DNA of 64,000 nucleotides. It comes from Azolla caroliniana. Taxonomy: Eukaryota; Plantae; Polypodiophyta. The notes under the pieces are model-generated. The model did no database searches. It saw nothing but the letters and a program-made list of their open reading frames with translations, and was not told the DNA's origin. Position 1 is the stretch's first letter, and each line of letters opens with the position of its first letter. This document shows, in pieces, positions 49,644 through 62,200 of the stretch. The position numbers were made by a program, and so were the translations under genes. The DNA lies in contig JBHGNT010000002.1 in assembly GCA_043228905.1 (NCBI GenBank), positions 11,656,001-11,720,000 on the forward strand. The letters run 5' to 3'.

Positions 49644-50345
49644 TGTTGTTTTGCCGACATATGGCAGCCGACAGTTGATAGACGCAATACGTCGAATGTC
49701 TTATTTCCGATAACGTTCTATCAAGATGATTGTGGTTGGACATATGGTGTTTGTTGATATTGATTCCTTAATGAAAACGTACTATAACATAGGTTACTCA
49801 GAACTCACTTAATAGACTTAAAATGTAACTATTGATCGATTGTTAGTTGTAATTATAAATCACTATAGCAAAGACTGAGTTCGAACATACGACACAGTAA
49901 ATAGATATGAGAATAAATAGGACAGTTGACACAACGGATACCCTAACTACCAAAAATTATATTAAACCAAAACAGAACGAAAATGATACAATGTTCTCGG
50001 TTCCTTTTTATAGGCGACCTGAGAGACTCTTCCAAAATTTTGCACTTGAATGTTCGGCAAGAACCTATAGTTATACAAAACCATCCTATTTCCTTATTCT
50101 TGTTTTTTATACTTGGCAAAATCACAATTCAAATTCTGTCTTTTCATACACGTCCAGCTCCGACTCCGATTCCAACTCCTTTTGTCGACTTTTATACCTC
50201 GGGTAGCCGACCAACTAACACATGGCACGCCCGTGGGACAGTGCTTTGCACGGTCGAATCCCCCCTTAATCCTGGTTGTTCTCTTCAACATTGTCAACTA
50301 TCTGTTTGTCATCAGTTGGTTCATCCTCATCCATGTCACTCACGT
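49644..50345 (-). mobile_element. 3' end of a third non-chromovirus Gypsy: LTR (about 49644-50220), tRNA-like site 50223-50239 and extra-ORF tail
   Basis: LTR ends ..ctaaca, followed by ca-TGGCACGCCCGTGGGAC; the next 60 bp resemble 54414-54475. Left LTR boundary uncertain by a few nt. Confidence 0.75.
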
Positions 50346-50900
50346 TGTCGTGATGTTCTGTGTCCAATGGGAGAAATTGTGAAATAGTGTGGCTCCACAC
50401 ACATGATTATAAATATGAAAATTAGCCTAGGGTCTGATGACATTCAGTGCATATAGAAGGGTGCAAGCAAGATTTGAACCTTGCACTTCTAAGATAGAAA
50501 GCAATTATCTTACCACTAAAGCTACTATTAAGTGCTTTAGATTGTGTATATTTCCTTCTCATATTTAGTATTCCATAGGAAACAAACATACAAAACCGTG
50601 TACACAAAACCATGGTTTTAGCCTATGGTTTTGTGCATGCCACAAGGAAAACCGTGTGCCCAAAAACCATGGGTTCAAGCCATGGTTTTGTGCATGTTAA
50701 AAGGATAGATAAACCTATAAAAGCCCTCGTAAGGCTTGTGTAATGGGGGGGTATTAATCAATGGATGAATCAATCTATGTATCAAATCGAAAATTAATAA
50801 TAAGAAAACTTAGTTATCTTATTGGTGATGTGTATGTATCTATCTATATATCTTAAAAACTTCCTCAATTTCTGTTTCTCTCTCTCTCACTCTAACGACA
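50346..50900 (+). mobile_element. LTR fragment with palindromic AAAACCATGGTTTT repeats (fungal-like Gypsy group)
   Basis: Starts TGTCGTGATG after acgt; 50580-50750 is similar to the reverse complement of 63135-63300. Right end uncertain. Confidence 0.6.
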
Positions 50901-53900
50901 TTAGTGCATCACTTCAGCCGCCCATCATCAATCCTCCATAACCACTAGTGGATAGAGGCTCGGTGCTTGTCCGCACTTGTGACGCGCACATCTCGACGTT
51001 TGGCATGTGTGTCATGCGCCACGCGACAACGTAAAATGTTGATTCATCAAAAACGACATCACGATTGACTCAGACCAACTTCGACCGGGGGTTGCAACAC
51101 TTCTACCCCTTCTACTCGTCTGACTAGCCAACCAAGATACACTTCTTGGCCTTGGCATCTACCTTTTTTCGCTTCTCATCTAGCACATGCACATACACAA
51201 TGATGTTGAATACTCGAAGGTGCGCTAAAGTCGGCTTCCGCTCGAAGTATAGTTCGTGCGGAGACACCTTTGTTCCGGAGGCAGATATCTGATTCTAGAT
51301 ATAGACGACAATAGATCTAGGGTATGCTCTTCTCCTCCAACATTTTGCTCACCACCTCTACCAATGTCTGGTTCCGTTGTTTGGCCACGTTGTTCTGGTC
51401 TAGTGTGTATCTACATGAGAAGTCTCGTCAGATTCCCTTAGACTGTAGATAACTTGTGAATTGGCCGAAAAAGTACTCTTTCTTGCCATCCAATCTTAGA
51501 CATCTGATCTTCCTTCTGGTTTCTCATTTCACATGACTCTTTAAATCTCGAAAGCATGAGAAGACTTTGCTCTTCCTCTCGATTAAATAGATCTAGGTGT
51601 GTCAGCCAAAGTCGTCGATGAAGGAGACAAAATATCGATTCCTGCCAATGCTCACACTTTGTCTTGTCCCCACACATACGAATGGATAAGATCGAGCCGG
51701 TTCCGGCTTTGATTCTTCTCATTGGGGAACAGAAGCCTATGATGCTTCCTCAGCTGGTAAGCTTCACAAATCTGGCCCTTCTGGCCACTAATCTTTGGCA
51801 TACCGGAAACCACATGTTTCGATTGCATCTCCTGGCGCTTCTGGAAGTTGATGTGCCAAACCTTTTATGCCATAGGTCGATGTCCGACTCAGCCTTCTTC
51901 CCTTTTGCATACATAGCGGGGCCAACAACATTGGTTTCGAGTATGAACATTCTTCCAACCTGACACCCTTGTGCGATGATCTGGCCTTCCTCCTCAATGA
52001 AGCACCCGTGATGAGTGAACCAGACCTACATTCCTTGATCCATGATCTGGCCAACGGACACCATGTTCTTTGTGATCGTCGGAACATGTAGGACGTTCCT
52101 CATAATTCCTCTCTGGTGGATATGGCTCAGAGGGACATCCCCAATATGCTCAATGGGATGTGGGGTGTCATCTCCGGTTTTGACCACCCCCAACTTCTCT
52201 GGCTTCTCAAGAAAGGAGAACCCCACTTTGTGGTTCGTCATGTGATTTGAAGTTTTGGAGTCCACATACCACACCTCTTCCGACTTTGAGGTGGATTCTC
52301 CCATCCGGTTGGCCTCATGCTTCATTACGAGGGCCGGTCCATATCTAGCTTTCTTTGAGCCTTTGGCGAAGTGCGATTGGTGATGCGTATTTGCGTCTCT
52401 CCGGTTCGATACAACTTTGTTTGAATCATACCTTTTTTCCAGCACTCGCTTTCTTTGTGGCCCTTTCAACCACAGTACCAACAATATGTTGTGGCCTTCC
52501 CTTTCCTGCTTTTGGCACTACCCTGACTCCCCATGCTTGTTGAGGGCCTGATACTGTTGCCGACACCATCCTTGTGCCTCCAATTCTGCTCTTGTCGGAC
52601 TCCTTCATCGCATGTCGATTTGCCTCACCCGCCATGACCATAAGGCCTCTCCGCCTCCATGTACAACATCTTGTTGTTAGTGTGCGTACTCGTTGATGCA
52701 CCCGCATAGTTCTCCTCTACAAGGAGCATCGATTGTAAGACGAAAAACGAAGGTATATTCTCCCTTGTACAAACCGCCGTTCGGAATGCCCCGATCTTCG
52801 ATGCCAAGCCCCCGAGGCATACCTACACTATTTCATCCTCCTCGACGGTCACGTCGATAGAGGCAAGAGAGTCACAGATCTCCTTGATCCAGCTTGTGCA
52901 GTCAGCCATCGACATGCCTTTATGTCAGATGTTGCTCAACTCCTATCTGAGTTGCAGCTTCCGGGCAATGGTGCTTGCGGCGAAAACCTTTTTCAGGTTT
53001 GTCCAAGCTTCCTTTGTCATCTTGGTGTCCTAGATATGGCTGAGCCGCTGATCACTGACACTGAACGCAAAGCAATACATTACCCTGCTTGCCGCTTGTT
53101 CCCAAGCTGGAAAGTCCTTGTGTGCCGCATCTGGTGTTTCATCGTTATCTCCGTCAACATAACTCCAGTATCCATATTTGAGCAGGTATTGGTCCATCTT
53201 GTATGACCAAGATGTGTCGTTGCTTCTATCGAGCTTCTCTGTCGGAAGCGAGCTAGCCATTCCACTGCCCATTTCTCTTCTTGTCTATTCTAACTGGGTG
53301 TTAGAGCTTTCTTTGTGTAGAAAGCTTTGGTCGACAGTAGAGGATATTCTAACCCTCACAGTTTGGTACCATGTAAAAGGTAAGGTGCGGAAGCGTGTAC
53401 ACAACCGGCTCAGTTAGACAACAACAGAAAACAGAAACAAAGGTTTAATGGAAGCTTGAAAATACACAATACTATTGGGAAACATGTCCCATCCAGATGA
53501 GCCGGATCAAACGAGCTGAAGGAAGAAACCAGACTGAATGGGTTCAGAAGGTATTTGTATACCAGATTGGATGGATCCGGAAGGAGTCCGGCCGGATCCG
53601 GTATGAACCAGAAAATAAGAACATATTAGTAAATATGTTCAGACGTGACCATTGAGATCATATTTGTAAATAGACCCAAAGTTATATAAGTATAAATATA
53701 ACTAGGGCAATACTATTATGTTGTGATCATCATTGTAGTTGTTATGTTGTATCGTTGTAAGAGACAAAGAGTCAAAGAGATACAGAAAACTTTTCTGTTG
53801 TAATCGTCGGTTGACGAAGGTAGAGCTCAAGGTTGTTGCCTCTGAGTCTCACATTGTTGTACCTCAAGTGATCCTGTTTGGAGTTTCGAGAACTCCCGTG

Positions 53901-54449
53901 GTTTTCCCGGTTTGGGTTTTCCACGTTAATACTCTGTGATGTCTTAGTGCTGTTTTCTATTTTTCTTCCATTGAGTGATGTTAACTCTTAGGGCCGGACA
54001 ATGGCCTAACACAGGGTGTCTACGGAAGACACTTCACCAAAGGGGTGTTACGGCAAGAGGATTAGGCTCAACGATTAATCCGACTTAATTAGATTACTTA
54101 GCAAGATCGTCCTTAATAATCACACGCGTAAGATATAACAATGAATGCAGAACGACAATTAACACAGAGAGATAAAAACACTAATATTTATTAATTATCC
54201 GCTGCTCATTACATTGTATCCGGGCCTTTAAATAGGTTTCCGGTCTGTAGTACAAAACGGTGCCATCTGCACCTGTTCGGGATCGGTCCGGATCCGGAAC
54301 GACATACCCACACTAATAACTTACTTACAACCATTCCTAATAATTAAATAAGTCCTTCGTTTCACACTCTGGACTCCTTTGCCGGCCGGTAACACATGGC
54401 ACGCCTGTGGGACAACACCTTGTACGTCGAATCCACCATCCAACCCTTG

Positions 54450-55350
54450 CTATTCTTCGTCCAAAATATCCAGAATACTTTGTTCGAGAGTTTCCAATGG
54501 TTCATCTGGAATTGGTTGTTGTTGTTGGGGTTGCTGTTGCTGTTGCTGCTCCGTTGATGGCTGCTGCGACTGGTCCTTTGGTGGCCGCTGCGGCTGCTCC
54601 TCCGTTTGTTGCTCTGACACCGGCGTTTCCGTCGTAGTGGTCTCCGGTTGACTGGTTCCGGCTTGGCCCTCGGCCGGCGACGGTTCCTCATCACTAAGGT
54701 TAACCGTTGCTGCTTCCCGTGCTTTTTCTTCCCGAACCCGGGATCGCTCGTAGCTTTCAAACTGGATTTCAGCGTCCAGCCTATCATCATCTAGCTGAGC
54801 TACGAGTTGCCGGACTTGCACCAGCTGTTCATCCGCCAGGACTTGGAAGTCTTCGGCCAGCTCGTTTCGTATGGCGGTGAAGTCCTAGGAAGTCAACGTA
54901 TAACAATAATCTCCTTCCTTCCGCCAGTTTGCCACGTCTGCCCGTAGCAATTGGAGTTCCGCCGTATTTTGTGCCCACTTTGTCCACCATCTTACGGAGC
55001 TTTCGTCAATCAAGCGTTTTGTCTGATTCAGCCATGCCCGGAGGATGCACTGAATCCGGCCCGTTCCCATCTGCGATTTGATCTCCGCAGCTTGCCATTC
55101 CTCCTTCAATTGCTTGATGATTTTGACGTTGTCTTCCGCCTGCTCCTTGTAATGCGTCAATTGCCTTTGATATGTGCTTTGTAATTTTTGCAATACCGTT
55201 GATGCTCTCTCTTTTTCTTCCTGCTGCTACCTCTGGAGCTCCATCCGGACCTTCTCTGCCTCGTCCAATCGTCTTGTATTTTCCGCTCGTTCGTCGGCGA
55301 GTGCCGTCGCTGCCTGATCAACTTCCTGCTGGAGCTCGGCCACCCGTTCC
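54450..55350 (-). pseudogene. Extra 3' ORF (coiled coil plus Gln/Pro-rich tail) of the Gypsy element
   Basis: ERVAELQQEVDQAATALADERAE..LQSTYQRQLTHYKEQAE..QQQQQPQQQQ..ILDILDEE, with stops and frameshifts. Confidence 0.6.
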
Positions 55351-58300
55351 TCATGGCCGGTGATGGCATCCAACACTCCATCTGTGAACGGGAGTGGAAA
55401 CGCATTCGTTACCGTAGCCGCATTGAGTTTCCGGTAGTCCACACAAACTCAAATTTTTCCGTTCTTCTTCGGTACGACTACGATCGGGCTCAACCATGTC
55501 GCTTTCTTTACCGGATGGATAAAGCCATCTCTTAGCAGTTTGTCAATTTCCTCCTTGACTTTGGCGGCATAATTGGGATTCATCCGGTACCGTCTTTGTG
55601 CCACTGGTTTTGCGTCCTTGCTCAAGTGAATCTGATGCTGGTATAACTGAGGGTCGAGCCCTTGCATGTCTTCGTATGACCAGGCGAACACGTCACGAAA
55701 ATCTGTGAGAAGAGTGATCATCGCCGTTTTGTCTTCAGACTTCATCTCCTTGGCGATGTGCACCAGTTTTGCTTTGTCCGTGGTCCCTAGGTTCACCTCT
55801 TCAAGTTGCGACGCTTTTACGCGCTATGAAATGGCCATTTCCCGTTCCAACGCTTCCTGCGCTTGCCGTAACTCTTGGATTGCGTCTTTATCCGGTTCTG
55901 CTTCAGCCTCTTCCGGCTGTGGTAAGTATGGTGCTACTGCTTCGGCAATGTCAATTTCGAAGAGGGGTACGATCTTCGGGTTTTCCTGCAAGTACTAAGC
56001 TTCTTCTTCGTCAGTTAACCCTTCTAGCATGTTGACGGACTCTGCATACAACGGTGTACCTTCCTTGCCAACACAACGGTGTTGGTACCCGTACCTTGGC
56101 TTTTCCTCGCCAGAAGGTAATTATATTTTTCCTCCAATTCTGTTTGATATGTGCCGTTTTCAACCACGGCCGCCCCAACAATAGCGGGTATGCGCCTTGT
56201 GCCTGTAATTGTAGCACTACTGCCGAAATGTGAAATGTATGACCGCCAACGGTGACTTCTAATTTTCGTATTAATCCTGTCGGCCGCACTGAGCTTGTAT
56301 CGGCCATCCGTAACCAGAACGGACAAGGCTCCCACTCGTGGATTCCCAGGGCATCACACGTCCGGAGGCTTATTACATTCACCCCAGAGCCTCCGTCTAT
56401 TACTGTGCCGGGGAGTTCTTTCCCTTTTACAATGGCAGTAATTACTGGGCTATTGGTGTCCACCACCGTTGGTCCCTCCTCCGGATTCGAGAAGAGTACC
56501 GGTGCCGGTGATGATTCTCCTTCCGTCATGGCCATCTTCAGTCCTTTCGTGAATCTCGGCACGAGCTGTAGGAGTCTTCCTAGTGGCAGCGTAATCTGGC
56601 ATTCTTGCAACGCCTACCATGTCTCGTTCTTGGAGTGACTGCCGCCGGCAAGCCCTACGGTGTTCTCCTTTTGCCGCTGTAAGTCTGTGACATTTTGCTC
56701 GTTTTCTTTCTTCACCCATACCGTCGCTTGCTTCCGGATGGTCTCCTGCATCTCCCATTCCTTGGCCATGCCCTTCGACCTTGTGGTCACCTGTTGTAGA
56801 TCTGCCACTTCAGGGACTACCATATTTACTGTCGGTCGTTTGTCATACCTCTCCGCCGGGCATTGATTACTATAATGGCCTTCCTGTCGGCAGTAGTAGC
56901 AGTAGGCTTTCCGGGTATTGCTGGATTCGGCATTGTCTGTTGTACCCGAGGCAGGTCCCGTGGTAAGCGCAGGGTTTTGGGCTGGTTGGCTGCTTGAAGC
57001 TCCTTGTTCCGGATCTCGTGGGTAGCCGCCTTTTTTGAAATGCCGTTTTTTGTTATAGTTCTTCTTATTGCGGTACTCTTGACGAGGTTGGTCGTTAAAT
57101 CTGTCATATTCCTCCCGTTGCTGACGATACCCGGGGGAGTGCTCCCGGTCGTAATGTTCGTATCGTCTATTGTAATCTCGGTACCGATCATATCTATCGT
57201 ACCGGTCATAGTTATCCCGCCGATCACCGTACCGGACCTCATTCTCCCGTCGACCGCCATATCAGACATCCTGTGCCGGTCGGTCGCGGTCCATTCGCCG
57301 CCAGCGTTCCTCTTCTTCATCCCGGCTGCTGCTTGGCTCAATTTGTCGGACGGGCGGTGCTTGCCGGTTCAATAGATTATACTCGCACCTATCCGTCGCA
57401 TGGCCCTTGGATTGACAGATTAGACATTGCATCCTCATAGTGCATTCTAGTGCCAAGTGTCCGTAATTCAAGTAGGTTGTGCACTGTATTGCTTGCCGAA
57501 ACCGGAGGTCTTCATCGGACGGTAACGCCCGTTGGAGTGCTCCCAGTGTGAGCCAAGAGCTTGTCTTTTCCATCTCTCTCACCCGGTCAATGACCTGGTC
57601 AATGGTACTTGCGTGGAAGTCAATTACCGTGCAAACCGTGCGTAGGGGTTCCCGGAGCGCATTTAGGAATATAGTCCGTAATTCCTCCTCCGGGGGTGCG
57701 CGGGCAAGCTGACTATGCATCCGTTGAAACCGGATGACAAACTGGGGAATGCTCTCCCCTGCCTCCTGTCGGATGGTACAAAATAAGCCCACCATTACTG
57801 TCTGGTCCACCTCCTTTTGGAAAAAATGCAAGAATTTAGCTTTTAAATCTGTGAAGGTGGTGATGGTCGACAGGTCCTGCGTCCGACGCCATCTTGCTGC
57901 CGGTCCCTCCAATGTGACGCCAAATTCCGCTATCTTAGAGCGTTCCTCGTCCTCCGGGTTCAATCGCTGGGACACATGGTTTGCTTCCCATGTCTGTTCA
58001 AAGGCGTGAACATGAGCTTCCGCGTTCAGATCATCTCTATACTTGGAGTACTGGAACGGCATGTCGTCGTCCGGTATCGGTGCACGGGCTGGTGGTGTTG
58101 GTGGTCGTTCCTGGTTTTTCTCCGGCGTCGGTGGTCTTTCTTGATTTGTCTCCGGCGTCGGTGGTCTTTCCTCTTCTTTTGGTGACGGAGGCCTCTCCTC
58201 CTCGACTTCCAGTGTCGGAGGTCGCTCTTCCTCTGCTGGTTCCGGAGGTTCCAGCCTTAGCACTTCTGGTTCCGGTGTCGGTAAGGTGTCCGATCCTTCG

Positions 58301-58650
58301 TCCTACGGTCCGCCCGGGATTTCATTGCTGCTACGGTAGTTCGTGTGCACGCTGTATTCCCCTTCGGAATCCGATTCATACGCTGAAAAGGCTTCTGCTT
58401 CGCCTTCTCCACTTGCTAACGCATGGAGAAGGGATTCGGTTTCCCGGAGGCTGCTTAGGCTGCTGCTGTCATCCGGGTGCGATGTTTGCTGTAACCAGAG
58501 GGACTCCTCCGCTACTCTCCGGATTACGTTGGAAAACGAGCGATCCGCTCTAATTTCCTGCACCGCTTGCTGGAAAGCCTCACGTCTCCTTTGCCTTTCG
58601 GCAAGGCGTCGAGTTCGATCTGTAACCAGATCGTGCGTTGATCTAGTCAT
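55351..58650 (-). pseudogene. gag-pol: gag, protease and partial RT of the deleted Gypsy
   Basis: ORFs 58303..58737, 57262..58263 (ERPPT repeats, CCHC knuckles), 56011..56610 and 55449..55796; homologous to 23135-26128. Confidence 0.88.
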
Positions 58651-59235
58651 CCATTCGTTCCGTCGTTCGCTGCAAAAACAGGAATCGTGGTCGCCAGAAA
58701 CTGTGTTAACTCTTAGGGCCGGACAATGGCCTAACATAGGGTGTCTACGGAAGACACTTCACCAAAGGGGTGTTACGGCAAGAGGATTAGGCTCAACGAT
58801 TAATTCGACTTAATTAGGTTACTTAGCAAGATCGTCCTTAATAATCACACGCGTAAGATATAACAATGAATGCAGAACGACAATTAACACAGAGGGATAA
58901 AAACACTAATCTTTATTAATTATCCGCTGCTCATTACATTGTATCCGGGCCTTTAAATAGGTTTCCGGTCTGTAGTACAAAACGGTGCCATCTGCACATG
59001 TTCGGGATCGGTCCGGATCCGGAACGGCATACCGATTCCGGTCCGTCTGTCCACACTAATAGCTTACTTACAACCATTCATGATAATTAAATAACTCCTT
59101 CGTTTCACACTCTGGACTCCTTTGCCGGCTGGTAATAAGTGAGTGAGACTCGGTTGTGGCAGAGCATTATTCCGCACAATCTGGAATCAGAGCATGGAAG
59201 ATCCATTCGGCGGTATGTTCAAGCTCACCGAATCC

Positions 59236-62200
59236 TGTCAGGGATGAACAACTGGGGGTAAAGAGATGGGGAAGTTGATGAGATAGGGAGATCGAGAAGT
59301 TGATGACAATGAGTAAAAATATCTATTCCATGACTGGTGTTGATCTCCTTGATGTTAACAAGGGAGATCAACCCTTTTTATACATGTAGTGATGCATGAT
59401 AAGCATGCTCATGCCAAGTCTTACATACTATAATATCAAGCATACTAATTCTTGCATGCCAAGTCTTACATGCTGATTCTTACATACTGAATCTTACATA
59501 CTAGGTCTTACATATTGGGTCTTAAATACTGAGTCTTACATACTGGGTCTTATGTACTGGGTCTTACATACTGAGTCTTACATACCACTCTTTATACAAA
59601 GGTTTGAAGTCTAAAGTTTGTCTAGGAGAAATATATATACAAGGGCCTAAGGTTCACATTCGAGTCGATGTTCATGACATTATCCTCCCCTTAAGTGCCG
59701 ACTTCAAGAAGGTACGGGTTTGTGAGGATATCAGAGATGAAAATCATGAACCACTTCCGGGGCATTTAGTAAATTTCTAGCGGGCTCCCATGTAACCTCA
59801 GAGATGGGATATCCTTTCCACAATACCAGATACTAAAGCTTTCGTTGGCTCTTGCACGAGTCCAGAATGGTCTCGACTTCATACTCATCCCCGGTCGCCA
59901 AAGCCACAGGGGAAGGTGGCTCGATGCTTCTTCCTGGAATTGAGGATGGATGATAGAGCGCAAGAAGTGATGCATGGAAGACATTGTGAATTCAGTAGTG
60001 TGATGGAAGAGCAAGAAGGAAAGCCACAATGTTGACTTTATCAATGATGTGGAATGGCCCCAACTTTTTGTAATCAAGTTTGTTGCATGGGTGAGTTGTC
60101 GGAATATGCCGACGTAATAGCCATACCATGTGACCGACTTTAAAACAGGCGCAACCCGTCGATGTTGATCAACCTTCTCTTTGTGTCGTTCTTGAGCAAT
60201 TGAGAGTTCTAGGGATAGGTCATGATGCACTTCTTTCATTAGACAAGCTCGCTCTTTAGCAAATGGATTCACAGAACCAGCAGGGATACCTATACTAAAG
60301 CGTGGGTGGAATCCATAATTTGCGAAGAAGGGTGTTACACTAGTTGATGTGTGGAGAGTATTGTTGTTGGCGAACTCAACCATTGGAAGAAATTTGATCC
60401 AATCATCTTGTTGATAACTTATCATACATCGGAGATATTGCTCTAGGATCTTATTTACTCGTTCCATTTGGCCATCTGTCTCAGGATGGAAGGTTGTCAA
60501 AATTTTTGTGGAAGTTCCAAGAATCTGGAAGAGGCGCTTCCAGAAATGAGACATAAATTGGGGACCACGATCAGAGATAATGTCATCCGGTAAACCATGA
60601 AGGCGCACAATATTTGTTAACAATAGATCTATTGTTTCCATCCCTGAAATTGCTTTAGAACATGGAATAAAATGTGCCATCTTTGTGAATCTATCCACCA
60701 CCACTAATACTGAATTGAATCCCTCAATGTTGGGAAGGTCGGTGATAAAATCCGTCGAGATGGAGGCCCATGGCCTACTTGGAATTGGCAAAGGTTGAAG
60801 TAGACCGTAGGGATGATGATGTATTGCTTTGGCGCGGGCACATGTATCACATGTTTTCACAAATTGTTTAACAAGTTTCCAAGGTTGTGACCACCAATAA
60901 CTTCTAGAGATTAACTCCAAAGTTTTTGCAACGCCAAAATGTCCAGCTAGGGCATCATCATGGCATTCCTTCATGATACGGATACGACAAGGACCATTTG
61001 GGACATACATTAAGTTGTTCCGAAAAAGATCTCGAAACATAAATTGTTCTTGACTATTCTATACCTCCTTTATGGTTGATTTGTTGACTCGATTATCCTT
61101 AATTTCTTTTGCAAATTTGTCGGTGGCAGTATCTATGGCTATTGCATTGAGTAATGATTCATCTGCACCCATATAAGCTGCAAAGAGCTGAATCTAATGT
61201 GGTTGTAGGAGACAACATGATTGTTGATTGTAGGTCTCATTTCTTGGTTGAATTTTGAATTCCGAACGTCGAGATAGGGCATTGACTTTACCATGTTGGG
61301 CACCGGAATGAAAAACAATTTGAAAGTCATAGTTAGCTAGGAAGGTCGACCATCGCGCTTGCCTCTGGTTCAAAATGCGAGTAGTGGTGAAGTAGATGAG
61401 GTTCTTGTGATCGGTCACCACTTGGACACAGTGTTGGGCGCTTGCTAAGTAAGGACACCATTCTTCAAAGGCTGCAATAATGGCAGAGAGTTCTTTGTCA
61501 TAAACTGGGTAGTTGATCTCGGGAGGTGTGAACTTCCGAGAATAAAAGGCAATAGGATGAAGAATCCCATTGTTATCTGATTGAGAGAGAATGGCACTGA
61601 TGGCAAAGTTAGAGGCATCAGTTTCGATCGTAAATGGTTTGGTTAGATCTGGGTGTAGAAGTACCAGAGCTGAGGTAAAAGCTTTTTTTGGTGTCTCGAA
61701 TGCTAGTTGGGTTGTGGGAGTCCAGCAAAAAGGGGAATCCTTCCAAGTGAGTGCTATAAGTGGTTGTGCCAATGTAGAGAATTCTTGAATGAATCGACGA
61801 TAGAAGTTGGCAAAACCCAAAAATGATTGCACATCCTTGACCCTGGTGGGGACTTCCCATTGTTGAACCATTTCGACTTTCTTCTCATCCATAGTGATAC
61901 CATCAGATGAAATGACATACCTGAGGAATTCAACTGAGGTTCGATCAAACTCACACTTTTCAGGTTTCACATAAAGTTCAAGTTCCCGAAGTTTGGTCAA
62001 GATAAGTCAAACGTGCTTGGTGTGCTCTATGTAGTCCTGTGAAAAGATAAGTATGTCGTCGAGATAGATGACCACAAATTGGTCTAGATATTCTCGGAAG
62101 ATGTCATTCATCATATGTTGGAAAATGGCAGGAGCATTTGTGAGACCAAATGGCATTACCATGTATTCAAAATGCCCATACCTGATTCGAAATGCTGTTT

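Larger units (their letters stand above)
49062..53472 (-). mobile_element. Fragmented Ty1/Copia (partial 5' LTR, PBS, gag, PR, IN, RT) split by insertions and deletion
   Basis: LTR end at 53372 and degenerate Met PBS TGGTACCAAA (53362-53371). gag EKLDRSNDTSWSYKM, PR WYVDSKTSNHMT, GAG-pre-IN LWHKRFG, RT WVYKVKY..AKGYTQ..DYDETFAP and ILLYVDALVIT. Confidence 0.88.
53979..59137 (-). mobile_element. Internally deleted non-chromovirus Ty3/Gypsy with two opposed tRNA-Arg sites
   Basis: LTRs 53979-54394 and 58704-59137; perfect TSD AGTGA. PBS TGGCGACCAC at 58687-58696(-); antisense site TGGCACGCCTGTGGGAC at 54397-54413. gag, PR (IDGGSG) and RT N-terminus fused to a 3' coiled-coil ORF at about 55350. 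Confidence 0.95.
53473..59235 (+). mobile_element. Tork/Tnt1-like Copia 5' LTR, PBS and gag start, interrupted by two Gypsy insertions
   Basis: LTR motif cccgtggttttcccggtttgggttttccacgttaa; the LTR resumes after 59142. PBS TGGAATCAGAGC (59182-59193) is followed by ATG MEDPFGGMFKLTES, cut at 59236. Confidence 0.75.
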
